NCBI GenBank assembly: GCA_963752155.1
Contig: CAVVXH010000020.1
Coordinates: forward strand, 1-14,448
Direction of reading: 5' to 3'
From: an uncultured Parachlamydiaceae bacterium
GTDB taxonomy: Bacteria; Chlamydiota; Chlamydiia; Chlamydiales; Parachlamydiaceae
Length of the DNA stretch: 14,448 nt
The notes beneath the pieces are model-generated. The model was given only the letters and a program-made list of their open reading frames with translations, ran no database searches and was not told the origin of the DNA. Numbering within the stretch: position 1 is the first letter of the stretch; every line of letters starts with the position of its first letter. The translations under genes and the position numbers were made by a program. Of the stretch, positions 1 through 7,273 are shown piece after piece.

Positions 1-942
1 GTAGAATTACTTCCTTTTGCAAAGCTTGCACTATCTACGGACATGATTATGACAGGTCATCTTCTCGTTCCGGCTTTAGACAAAGAGCATTGTTCTACTT
101 TATCGGAAAAAACTTTGACATACCTAAAAAATACAATTGGTTTTGAAGGTGTTATTATCACCGATTCCCTTGTCATGGAGGGAGTACTTAAAAAATGTCA
201 CACCATCGATGAAGCTGCGATTCAAGCATTAAATGCAGGTTGTGATATTCTTTTGTTGGGGGGGATGCAGTTAATCGGGGAACATGTTAATTTAGAACTT
301 ACTGTGAGCGATATTCAACGAATACATTGTTCTATCGTCTGTGCGGTAAAAAGTGGTCGTGTTTCAGAGACAAGGTTAAACAAAGCCGTCGAAAAAATTC
401 TCAGGTTAAAGGAGCGTTATTTAAATTCTAAAGTTTCCGAATCTCGACCTAATCTACACGATTTAGTTAATACATTCAACCATCAAGAACTTTCCAAAAA
501 AATAGCTTCTTTAGCATTAAAGGTTCTTTCGAATGCACCTGATACCATTTCTTCTCTTGATCAAAAGAAAATTGCTGTATTTTCCCCTCAATTACTTCGC
601 AATAGTATTAAAAAAACGACTCTTCATGAAATTGGGCAAACGACTGAATTATATTTTTTTGACACTCTTACTCTTTCTAGTGAAGAAATAGAAGCCGCAA
701 AGCAAAAAGCAGAAGCAGCCGATGTACTATTTATTTGTTCTTACAATGCGTGGAAAAACCCATCCCAAGTAGCACTAATTCAATCCCTTCTAAGCACAGG
801 AAAGCCAGTGATTCTTTTAGTTATGAGGGATCCATTGGATGCTTTTCTATTTCCTAAGGCAAACATTATTTTCAATACTTTTAGCCCTACTACACCCTCG
901 ATACAGGCTGTCTGTAATCAATTGAAGGAGAGGTATTCATGA
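1..942 (+). CDS. nagZ: Glycoside hydrolase family 3 beta-N-acetylhexosaminidase (two-domain NagZ-like), 5'-partial
   Basis: Frame is open from base 1 (VELLPFAKLALSTDMIMTGH). GH3 motifs IMTGHLLVPALD, IGFEGVIITDSLVMEG (nucleophile Asp) and ALNAGCDILL, plus a C-terminal alpha/beta domain (GKPVILLVMRDPLD). Confidence 0.85.
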   Translation, partial: VELLPFAKLALSTDMIMTGHLLVPALDKEHCSTLSEKTLTYLKNTIGFEGVIITDSLVMEGVLKKCHTIDEAAIQALNAGCDILLLGGMQLIGEHVNLELTVSDIQRIHCSIVCAVKSGRVSETRLNKAVEKILRLKERYLNSKVSESRPNLHDLVNTFNHQELSKKIASLALKVLSNAPDTISSLDQKKIAVFSPQLLRNSIKKTTLHEIGQTTELYFFDTLTLSSEEIEAAKQKAEAADVLFICSYNAWKNPSQVALIQSLLSTGKPVILLVMRDPLDAFLFPKANIIFNTFSPTTPSIQAVCNQLKERYS

Positions 943-1228
943 GTAAGTATTCCATTTTATGTCTTTTATTATGCCTTTCATTTTTTGGACCAGTCTTCTC
1001 TCTTTCAATCTTTTTATAGAAGGATCCGATATGAGCGTAATGAGCGCAACTGAATGGACAACTTTATCTACTTTTTCATGGATAGATGCTATCAAAACAC
1101 CTCTTTATGCTAAAGGAAAACGGATAGAGGAGACTCCTTTCTCTGTTGAGGAAAGCCTTGAAGTCTCCTTCCAGCACTCTCTGTACAAGCTTTTGCAGCC
1201 TTCTCTTTACTCCTGGATAAAGTTTTAA
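939..1228 (+). pseudogene. Possible disrupted exported protein (26-aa signal-peptide-like ORF 939-1019, then ORF 959-1228 in another frame)
   Basis: ATGA overlap with the nagZ stop and SD-like AAGGAGAGG upstream. MSKYSILCLLLCLSFFGPVFSLSIFL ends at TAG 1017-1019. The continuation is not recognisable. Confidence 0.3.
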
Positions 1229-1278
1229 ACTTGAGTGCATTACAAGCGATTTATGAGCGCACGTGAAATGCAAACGCA

Positions 1279-2091
1279 TTAATAATCGCTAAAGAAAAAG
1301 TCCCTGTCATAGACAATGACCATGGTTGCAACGACAAATAGGAGGCTTGTCACAATACACTTCGTAAATGGTTCAGTTTTGAATAGAATAGAAGAAAGAT
1401 TGAGTACCGAATGAAATAGAATGACGGCTGGAATGCTGCGACCAGTCTTGTAATAGATCCAGTTCATTAAGATGGCAATAACGAAAACGCTAACAAAAAA
1501 GTTAATAACATAAAGTATTCCCAGATCCCAAAGTTGATTTTGATAATAGCCTTTAATGAAGAATAGAGGTAGATGCCACACAGCCCAAAGAAGGCCGAAT
1601 AACATTGACGTTGTAAATAAATTGAAAAAGGCTCTAAGGCTGTCCACGCCATATCCTCGCCAGCCGACCTCTTCAATGATGGGTGCCAATATCAACGGAA
1701 TGGCTATGCCAAGAACAACCCATCCTTTCATGACGCTGAAATCACCAGCGAGCGAAAACTGATCGGAGGAATAACCAAAAAATAATGATAACCAAGTAGC
1801 TAAGAATAAAATGCATGGCATTAGCAATAGGATTACCATGAGATAGGGTAAGCTAATTTTGAAATCCATCATTCTTTTCCAAAAGTCCTGAATGAGCACA
1901 TCGTTATGTGAAGCATAGATCATAGTCATCGAGGTGATGCATGGCACACACAAGCCAAAAAGCAGAAGGGGCATCTGAAACTGTTCCATTCCTTTTTGGC
2001 TTAAGTAGGCTGTAATTGGCCCAAGAGCCAACGATACTGAAATTGTGATCAGAAAGAACAACACAGGATGATAGAGGTAAGCAGGGGGCAT
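1279..2091 (-). CDS. CPBP-family intramembrane glutamic endopeptidase (CAAX protease/Abi)
   Basis: Multi-TM protein with IIEEVGWRG (EExxxR), WAVWHLP and FHSVLN (HxxxN) motifs; AAGGA RBS. Confidence 0.92.
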   Translation of the reverse strand: MPPAYLYHPVLFFLITISVSLALGPITAYLSQKGMEQFQMPLLLFGLCVPCITSMTMIYASHNDVLIQDFWKRMMDFKISLPYLMVILLLMPCILFLATWLSLFFGYSSDQFSLAGDFSVMKGWVVLGIAIPLILAPIIEEVGWRGYGVDSLRAFFNLFTTSMLFGLLWAVWHLPLFFIKGYYQNQLWDLGILYVINFFVSVFVIAILMNWIYYKTGRSIPAVILFHSVLNLSSILFKTEPFTKCIVTSLLFVVATMVIVYDRDFFFSDY

Positions 2092-2121
2092 GACAATCCT
2101 TGTTTTGTTAAAAAATTTATA

Positions 2122-2742
2122 CTAATTTTGTTCGAACAAAAAACTAAAAGAGCCTTTTGCTGCATGCAGTAGATCTTCAATCAAAGCTGGAATGCTCTTT
2201 GTGCGACGCTCTAGATCACGTTGACTCCAGGGGTAAAATCCGAAATCCGTGAAAAATTGAATACCCGCTAATAGAATTTCTGCGCACTCTAGTGGATGTT
2301 CTGTGCGAAAATGTCCTTCCTTACATCCTTGAGAGATTACGCTAGCATACAACGGCGCCAACATGGAAAGAGTACAGGCCAAGAGGCGCACATGCATTCC
2401 CATATTTCCAGGACGATGAAGATTATCTATAGTTTCCTTTTCGCGGGGTATGACCCTTCCGGCAGAAACTAGAACCTGCATCTTATCTAGAGCGTTGCCT
2501 TGACATTCTTTCAAAGCTTTCTCCACCAAGGACATGTATTCAGCCACCATATCTTCAACCACAGCTTCCAATAGTTCCTCTTTGGATTTGAAGTAATGAT
2601 AAGCCGTTCCCTTAGCGATCCCAAGCGTCGTCATCACATCTTGGATTGTCGTGCTCTCATAGCCTTGCTTGAGAAATAAATTTCGACTCGTGGATACAAT
2701 TTCACGGCGTCGTTCCTTTGGTTTTTTTACCACTCTGACCAT
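2122..2742 (-). CDS. TetR/AcrR family transcriptional regulator
   Basis: N-terminal HTH: LFLKQGYESTTIQDVMTTLGIAKGTAYHYFKSKEELL; AAGGAA RBS. Confidence 0.95.
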   Translation of the reverse strand: MVRVVKKPKERRREIVSTSRNLFLKQGYESTTIQDVMTTLGIAKGTAYHYFKSKEELLEAVVEDMVAEYMSLVEKALKECQGNALDKMQVLVSAGRVIPREKETIDNLHRPGNMGMHVRLLACTLSMLAPLYASVISQGCKEGHFRTEHPLECAEILLAGIQFFTDFGFYPWSQRDLERRTKSIPALIEDLLHAAKGSFSFLFEQN

Positions 2743-2775
2743 AACGTTCCTTTTTGCTTGACTTCAATATATCAT

Positions 2776-2796
2776 ATTGACCGACCGTCGGTCAAT
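2776..2796. promoter_or_regulatory. Perfect 10-1-10 palindrome, likely TetR autoregulatory operator overlapping the minus-strand promoter
   Basis: ATTGACCGAC-C-GTCGGTCAAT, about 35 bp upstream of tetR. The minus strand reads TTGACC-18 nt-TATATT with TGn before the -10. Confidence 0.8.
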
Positions 2797-3045
2797 TATT
2801 TCTTTTTATATCAAAGCAGGATTGATCACTACATTCGATAGCAATTACACTCTTGAAGAAATCAAAAGTCGCATTCAGTCCAAGCCAAAAGTAAATACTA
2901 AACCTGTACGGAAAGTTCATAAAGCAGCTTTGATTAATTTGGGAATTACAGAGTTGTAAGGATTTTTGAAAGTATAGGAAAAATTAAACGCTAAGCGAGA
3001 CAGTTGCCTGCTGCGCCCCCTATTGGGAAATAACAAATTTTTAAA

Positions 3046-3158
3046 GCGCCTTGCCATTGGTGCCTGACCTGATATTCTGACATTTGCCCTCCTGGGAGGC
3101 TACGTTATCATTGTAGGCAAATGTCAGAATATCAGGTCAGGCACCAATGGCAAGGCGC
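3046..3158. repeat. Perfect 43-bp inverted repeat with 27-nt loop
   Basis: GCGCCTTGCCATTGGTGCCTGACCTGATATTCTGACATTTGCC (3046-3088) is the exact reverse complement of 3116-3158. Confidence 0.97.
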
Positions 3159-3174
3159 GAACTTGTTATTTAGG

Positions 3175-3307
3175 AGTCACGAAGGCACAAAGAGATCTTA
3201 CGCGAAGAATCTTCAGTTTAAAGAAGAAATAGGTTAATTTTTATACTTTATATGTAAGATCTCTTTGTGCCCTTTGTGCCCTTTGTGCCCTTTGTGCCTT
3301 CGTGACT
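3175..3307. repeat. 27-bp inverted repeat whose right arm carries a 9-bp tandem expansion
   Basis: AGTCACGAAGGCACAAAGAGATCTTAC (3175-3201) against GTAAGATCT-(CTTTGTGCC)x4-TTCGTGACT (3254-3307). Confidence 0.93.
3263..3298 (+). repeat. Tandem repeat (CTTTGTGCC)x4
   Basis: Four exact 9-bp units read directly. Confidence 0.97.
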
Positions 3308-3565
3308 TTGCGTTTAATTTTTTCCTATACTTTATACCCTGATATCGCAGCATCTTTTTTACCTACTAGATAACTTGTTATTTCTCGATAGGGGGCCCCG
3401 TAGGCAACTGTCTCGCTTTGCGTTTAATTTTTCTTAGTATTCCGCATCAGTCGATTTTGTCATTTGCTAAATAAAGAAATATCAGCTATTTCCAAAACGT
3501 AGAGAGTTTTGTACGTCGACTTGGTCGGCTTTTTTCTTAAACCAAAATTGCAAGGAGACTTTTTT

Positions 3566-4024
3566 ATGACTCTAAATTTACCTGATTTTCTAAATAGACC
3601 ACTTAGACAGTTCCCAAGTCTATGGTCAAATTTCCCCTCAAGCATGTTACAGAACATTTTAGATGAAGACTTGTTTCCTCAAGATAGTTTAAACAGATCA
3701 GCTCGTATCTACGAAGAAAATAATCAACTCCATGTTGAAGTGCCTCTTCCAGGCCTAAAACTCGATGATATTGAGGTAAGTCTTAATCAAGGAGTTCTCA
3801 TGGTTAAAGGAGAATCGAAAGAGGAGGAAAAAGATAAGAATAGAAAGTATTATCGGTCATCGAAGAGAAATTACTCCTATTCAGTGGCTCTACCTACACA
3901 AATAGATGAAAAACAAGAACCGCAAGCGATATATAAGGATGGAGTTTTGAATATCTCATTACAAATGATCAAGCAAAGTGAAACAAAAAAGATTACTGTG
4001 AAAGATGGAAATTCTAAGAAATAA
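3566..4024 (+). CDS. Small heat-shock protein, Hsp20/alpha-crystallin family (152 aa)
   Basis: IYEENNQLHVEVPLPGLKLDDIEVSLNQGVLMVKGE...ALPTQID...AIYKDGVLNI. AAGGAG at 3552-3557 supports ATG 3566 over TTG 3509. Confidence 0.95.
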   Translation: MTLNLPDFLNRPLRQFPSLWSNFPSSMLQNILDEDLFPQDSLNRSARIYEENNQLHVEVPLPGLKLDDIEVSLNQGVLMVKGESKEEEKDKNRKYYRSSKRNYSYSVALPTQIDEKQEPQAIYKDGVLNISLQMIKQSETKKITVKDGNSKK

Positions 4025-4038
4025 TGTGCCTAAATTTT

Positions 4039-4080
4039 GCCGAATAATAGTTGTTTAAGACTCTTATTCGGCTTCTCTTG
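4039..4080 (+). terminator. Probable intrinsic terminator of hsp20
   Basis: GCCGAATAA...TTATTCGGC stem (4039-4072) followed by TTCTCTT. Confidence 0.7.
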
Positions 4081-4091
4081 GAATCAAATGA

Positions 4092-4514
4092 CTGCGTAAA
4101 GGTCATTCAATCGTATGCCTGACTCAAGCAGCCGGTCGAGATCCTGGTCTATACCCAGAACCAGAGCAATTTAATCCCCACCGATTTCAAGAGGAGGATC
4201 CTCTTATTGCTGCTCTCTCTTTCTTGCCATTTGGAAGAGGGCCCCATACGTGTCCGAGACAACATCTTGCTTTGGCTGAACTTCAAACATTTATTTACCG
4301 CATTTTAATTCATTTTTCAATTTATACGTTGTCTCCTGAAAAAGTTGATCAGATACCGTCCATCCAGCTAGTTCATCGCTTTAATAAAATGTGGCAATCT
4401 CAACGTTCTAAAATAGGAAAGCAAAGTAAGCTGCGCACGGTCGCTGAACTCTTGAAAGAAACCGAGTACACGACGCCACGCATGCAGGCGAAAAGACTGC
4501 AGCAGAAAAGATAG
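4092..4514 (+). pseudogene. Cytochrome P450 C-terminal fragment (5'-truncated)
   Basis: After TGA 4089: LRKGHSIVCLTQAAGRDPGLYPEPEQFNPHRF...FLPFGRGPHTCPRQHLALAEL. This is the PxRF meander plus the FxxGxxxC heme motif, with the usual CxG changed to CxR. No N-terminal part or ExxR helix; the last ~45 codons may be unrelated read-through. Confidence 0.88.
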
Positions 4515-4610
4515 AACGGTGGGAAGAGTCCATTGAGGCAGACATAGGAAAATGCAATAAATGCAACTTCTCAGGATAAAAACGAGTCATAAGCCTCCGC
4601 GTTTGGTATA

Positions 4611-5504
4611 TTATCCCTGATTGTGCAACATAGTTTTTGCAAGGCGAATCATATTTGTGTTGAATTTCTGATACAACTTGGATTGCACAGTCCAGTAATG
4701 CCAATAGAGAGGGATTTCCCATGTTTTGTCTGGGTAGATTTGTACGAGTTGTTTCGTCTTTAATTCATCAAGGATATCTATTTTTGGAATAAGTGCGTAC
4801 CCGTGCCCAAGTAATGCAAATTTTCTAAATCCTCTTACGGAAGGTATCATATTATACTTCAATTCGCTTCCATTAATTCCAAAGAATTTTTCAAGATACC
4901 TTTCATGTAAATAATCATTTTTATCAAATTTGATCGCAGGGGCATTTTGGAGGCATTCAATTGGATTTTCAGAGAAAAAATATTTTTTTACAAAGGTTGG
5001 TGATGCGACAAGAACGTATTGCATACCACCCACAAATGATGCCTGTCCTCCTAAAATTTCTTTCTCTGAAGTTGATAAACAAGCGGAAACAGTCCCATTT
5101 TTCAGATAATTTAACGTAAATTCTTGGTCATCAGCTATAATTTCCAAGATTATGTCGCTAAACTCTTCTTTTTCCCTTTCCATCAAATCTAAAAACCAAG
5201 TTTCTAAACTGTCTCGGTTTAACGCAACCGAAATATGAGGTTGAATTTTAATCTCCCCAAGTTCCTGAGATAACTCATTTTCAAGGAGACAGATTTTTTT
5301 AAAGTGACTTATCAACTGTCTTCCCAACTTTGTAGGGCGGTAGGGAAGTGTTCGAATTAAAACAGGCTCCCCATAATAATCCTCCAAGCCTTTAATTCTC
5401 TGAGAAACCGCTGATTGAGTGATAAATAATTTCTTAGCAGCAAGTTCAAAATTTTGGAATTCTTGAACCGTATATAAAGCTTCTATTCCACGATAATCCA
5501 ACAT
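4611..5504 (-). CDS. argP: LysR-family regulator, ArgP/IciA(LysG)-like
   Basis: LDYRGIEAL...FELAAKKLFITQSAVSQRIKGLE, ISVALNRDSLETWF, DDQEFT and PLYWHYW are characteristic of ArgP; divergent from a LysE gene. Confidence 0.9.
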   Translation of the reverse strand: MLDYRGIEALYTVQEFQNFELAAKKLFITQSAVSQRIKGLEDYYGEPVLIRTLPYRPTKLGRQLISHFKKICLLENELSQELGEIKIQPHISVALNRDSLETWFLDLMEREKEEFSDIILEIIADDQEFTLNYLKNGTVSACLSTSEKEILGGQASFVGGMQYVLVASPTFVKKYFFSENPIECLQNAPAIKFDKNDYLHERYLEKFFGINGSELKYNMIPSVRGFRKFALLGHGYALIPKIDILDELKTKQLVQIYPDKTWEIPLYWHYWTVQSKLYQKFNTNMIRLAKTMLHNQG

Positions 5505-5518
5505 AAGGTGCTCCAGCC

Positions 5519-5562
5519 ATTAGATATTCTTATTAAACATTAAATCAATTAATTTTACTTAT
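5519..5562. promoter_or_regulatory. Tandem LysR T-N11-A boxes (ArgP-type) in the divergent promoter
   Basis: ATTAGATATTCTTAT (5519-5533) and ATTAATTTTACTTAT (5548-5562), starting 15 bp from the argP start codon. Confidence 0.6.
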
Positions 5563-5674
5563 ACAGAATTTAATGTTAAAATGAAAGTATCTTTTGTAAG
5601 AGGCATCCCAATATGGGGGTGTTACACGAGGCTTACCTCAAGTTAATTTAAATGTAAACCTTAGGAGTTAAAAT

Positions 5675-6283
5675 ATGTTTTTAGTATTGCTAAAGGGATT
5701 TGCATCGAGTGCAAGTTTAATCATTGCCATTGGCGCACAAAACGTTTTCGTCATTAGGCAAGGATTATTGCAAAACCACCTTTTCTTAACCGCACTCCTC
5801 TGCTCTTCGATTGATGCCATCTTGATTACTACAGGTGTATTTGGTTTTGGCCAAGTTATTTCCGCTTATCCACTATTAATTGAGATAACAAAATATTTTG
5901 CAGTTGCCTTCTTGCTTGCATATGGAGTGCTTTCGTTAAAATCTGCATTCACAAATAAGAATTTAGAAAATAAAAGAAATCAAGCGGCTCAATCAAGAAA
6001 AAAAACTGTGTTATTGCTTTTGGCTTTGAGCTTACTTAACCCTCACGTTTATTTAGATACGGTCATTTTGTTAGGCAGCATCGCTTCACAACATTCTCTT
6101 GATGAACAATTTTACTTTGCAATAGGAGCGATTGCTGCTTCTTTTATCTGGTTCTTTTCTATTAGCTATGGTAGCAGGTTTCTAGCCCCATTTTTGAGCA
6201 ATGCGCTCGCTTGGAAAATTATAGATATCTGCATAGCTTTCATTATGTGGGGAATTGCTGTAAGCCTAATAGTAACGTTATAA
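5675..6283 (+). CDS. argO: LysE/ArgO family L-lysine/L-arginine exporter
   Basis: SLIIAIGAQNVFVIRQGL and LLNPHVYLDTVILLGS signature motifs; AGGAG RBS. Confidence 0.92.
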   Translation: MFLVLLKGFASSASLIIAIGAQNVFVIRQGLLQNHLFLTALLCSSIDAILITTGVFGFGQVISAYPLLIEITKYFAVAFLLAYGVLSLKSAFTNKNLENKRNQAAQSRKKTVLLLLALSLLNPHVYLDTVILLGSIASQHSLDEQFYFAIGAIAASFIWFFSISYGSRFLAPFLSNALAWKIIDICIAFIMWGIAVSLIVTL

Positions 6284-6328
6284 TCCTAATTTCATTGATT
6301 TCGCAATGCATTGGAATACTGAGATTAC

Positions 6329-6362
6329 CGAACGTGAAGGATCTCGCGTTCGATTTGCCTTG
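6329..6362 (+). terminator. Possible terminator hairpin downstream of lysE/argO
   Basis: CGAACGTGA-aggatc-TCGCGTTCG stem with one G-U pair; weak U tail. Confidence 0.4.
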
Positions 6363-6434
6363 AGTTTTTAGTTGATTTTTCTCATGTTTTCTGCTAACCT
6401 TCATAACTGTGGGTATTAAAATTATAATCAGAAT

Positions 6435-6920
6435 ATGAAATTCATGAAAAAAAATATTTTAATCATCGGTCTCTTTTTATGTTATAACGCTTATGCTGAC
6501 GAGAGATATATGCAAACTGTAGATGAAAAATGGGAATCTAATTCTCAGCAAACAGATGAAAAATCAAAGTCCAATTTTGCCGTGATTTATCGTGGTTATC
6601 TTAAACCTGGTAGAGAAAGTGATTATCAAAATGCCTGGCAGTGTGTTGCTCAGTACTTTATAAAATGCCGAGGTGCAATTGGATCATGCTTACACCGAAC
6701 ATCAGATGGAATGTGGATTGCTTATTCAAGATGGCCTGATCAAAAGACAAGAGATGCTTCTTGGCCTGGAAAAGACGCACCGTCCAAAGAACTTCCTCAA
6801 AAAGTTCGGGAGGCTGTTATGATTATCCAAGATTGTCTTGATCCAGATAGGAAACTGCCAGAAATTTGTATGGAAGTAGTGAATGATTTTCTGTTAAATG
6901 AATTAGATAGTGCTAAATAA
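6435..6920 (+). CDS. Antibiotic-biosynthesis-monooxygenase (ABM)-like dimeric alpha/beta barrel protein with predicted signal peptide
   Basis: FAVIYRGYLKPGRESDYQNAW...RGAIGSCLHRTSDGMWIAYSRWPD fits the ABM-like pattern. N-terminus MKKNILIIGLFLCYNAYA has an A-x-A cleavage site; the start may be 6444. Confidence 0.65.
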   Translation: MKFMKKNILIIGLFLCYNAYADERYMQTVDEKWESNSQQTDEKSKSNFAVIYRGYLKPGRESDYQNAWQCVAQYFIKCRGAIGSCLHRTSDGMWIAYSRWPDQKTRDASWPGKDAPSKELPQKVREAVMIIQDCLDPDRKLPEICMEVVNDFLLNELDSAK

Positions 6921-6940
6921 GTTATTTGAAGGAAGGAAAA

Positions 6941-7216
6941 ATGTTTAAAAAGTTATTTTGTTTATCTGTATGCTTATCTTTACCTTTACTAGGTGAGAAT
7001 CATTCGATCCCAAAAGAGGAAAATATGCAAATAGGTCGCTACCAAATGGTTGGAGTTGCATGTAAAGGCGGAGGGCAACAATTATATTTGTTAGATACGG
7101 CGACAGGTTGTGTTTGGCGCTCAACGGCTAAAAATAGCTGGATACAGCATGATGCTTGGGAACCACTAATTGTAACATCATCAGACAATGCCTTACCGTT
7201 AAACGAACACGACTAA
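6941..7216 (+). CDS. Small exported hypothetical protein
   Basis: AAGGAAGG RBS before ATG 6941; signal-like MFKKLFCLSVCLSLPLLG; beta-rich core GRYQM...LLDTATGCVW. Confidence 0.7.
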   Translation: MFKKLFCLSVCLSLPLLGENHSIPKEENMQIGRYQMVGVACKGGGQQLYLLDTATGCVWRSTAKNSWIQHDAWEPLIVTSSDNALPLNEHD

Positions 7217-7273
7217 GCTTTTTAGAGATATAGAAAATATATTTCCTGATTGCAAGTTTTATTTAGGCACTTA

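Larger units (their letters stand above)
2978..3433. repeat. Outer inverted repeat, 62-bp arms (2978-3039 / 3372-3433)
   Basis: GAAAAATTAAACGCtAAGCGAGACAGTTGCCT...CCCCCTAT...GAAATAACAAaTT against the reverse complement of 3372-3433: 55/62 identical by manual alignment. Confidence 0.93.

Noticed and set aside
1279..2091. Phage abortive-infection system based on the 'Abi' label of CPBP
   Set aside because: The family name does not imply anti-phage function, and there is no defence-gene context.
2777..2959. 60-aa ORF
   Set aside because: TTG start lies inside the operator palindrome, no RBS and no recognisable family; at most a gene fragment.
2969..3433. CRISPR array, retron msr-msd or integron attC interpretation of the repeats
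   Set aside because: No regularly spaced direct repeats with unique spacers, no cas, reverse transcriptase or integrase gene in the window, and no attC-type ends flanking gene cassettes.
3434..3470. CIRCE-like half sites TTAGTATTC ... ATTTGCTAA upstream of hsp20
   Set aside because: Spacer is 19 nt rather than 9, and the halves match only 7/9 and 6/9.
3509..3565. N-terminal extension of Hsp20 from TTG 3509
   Set aside because: The SD at 3552-3557 supports ATG 3566.
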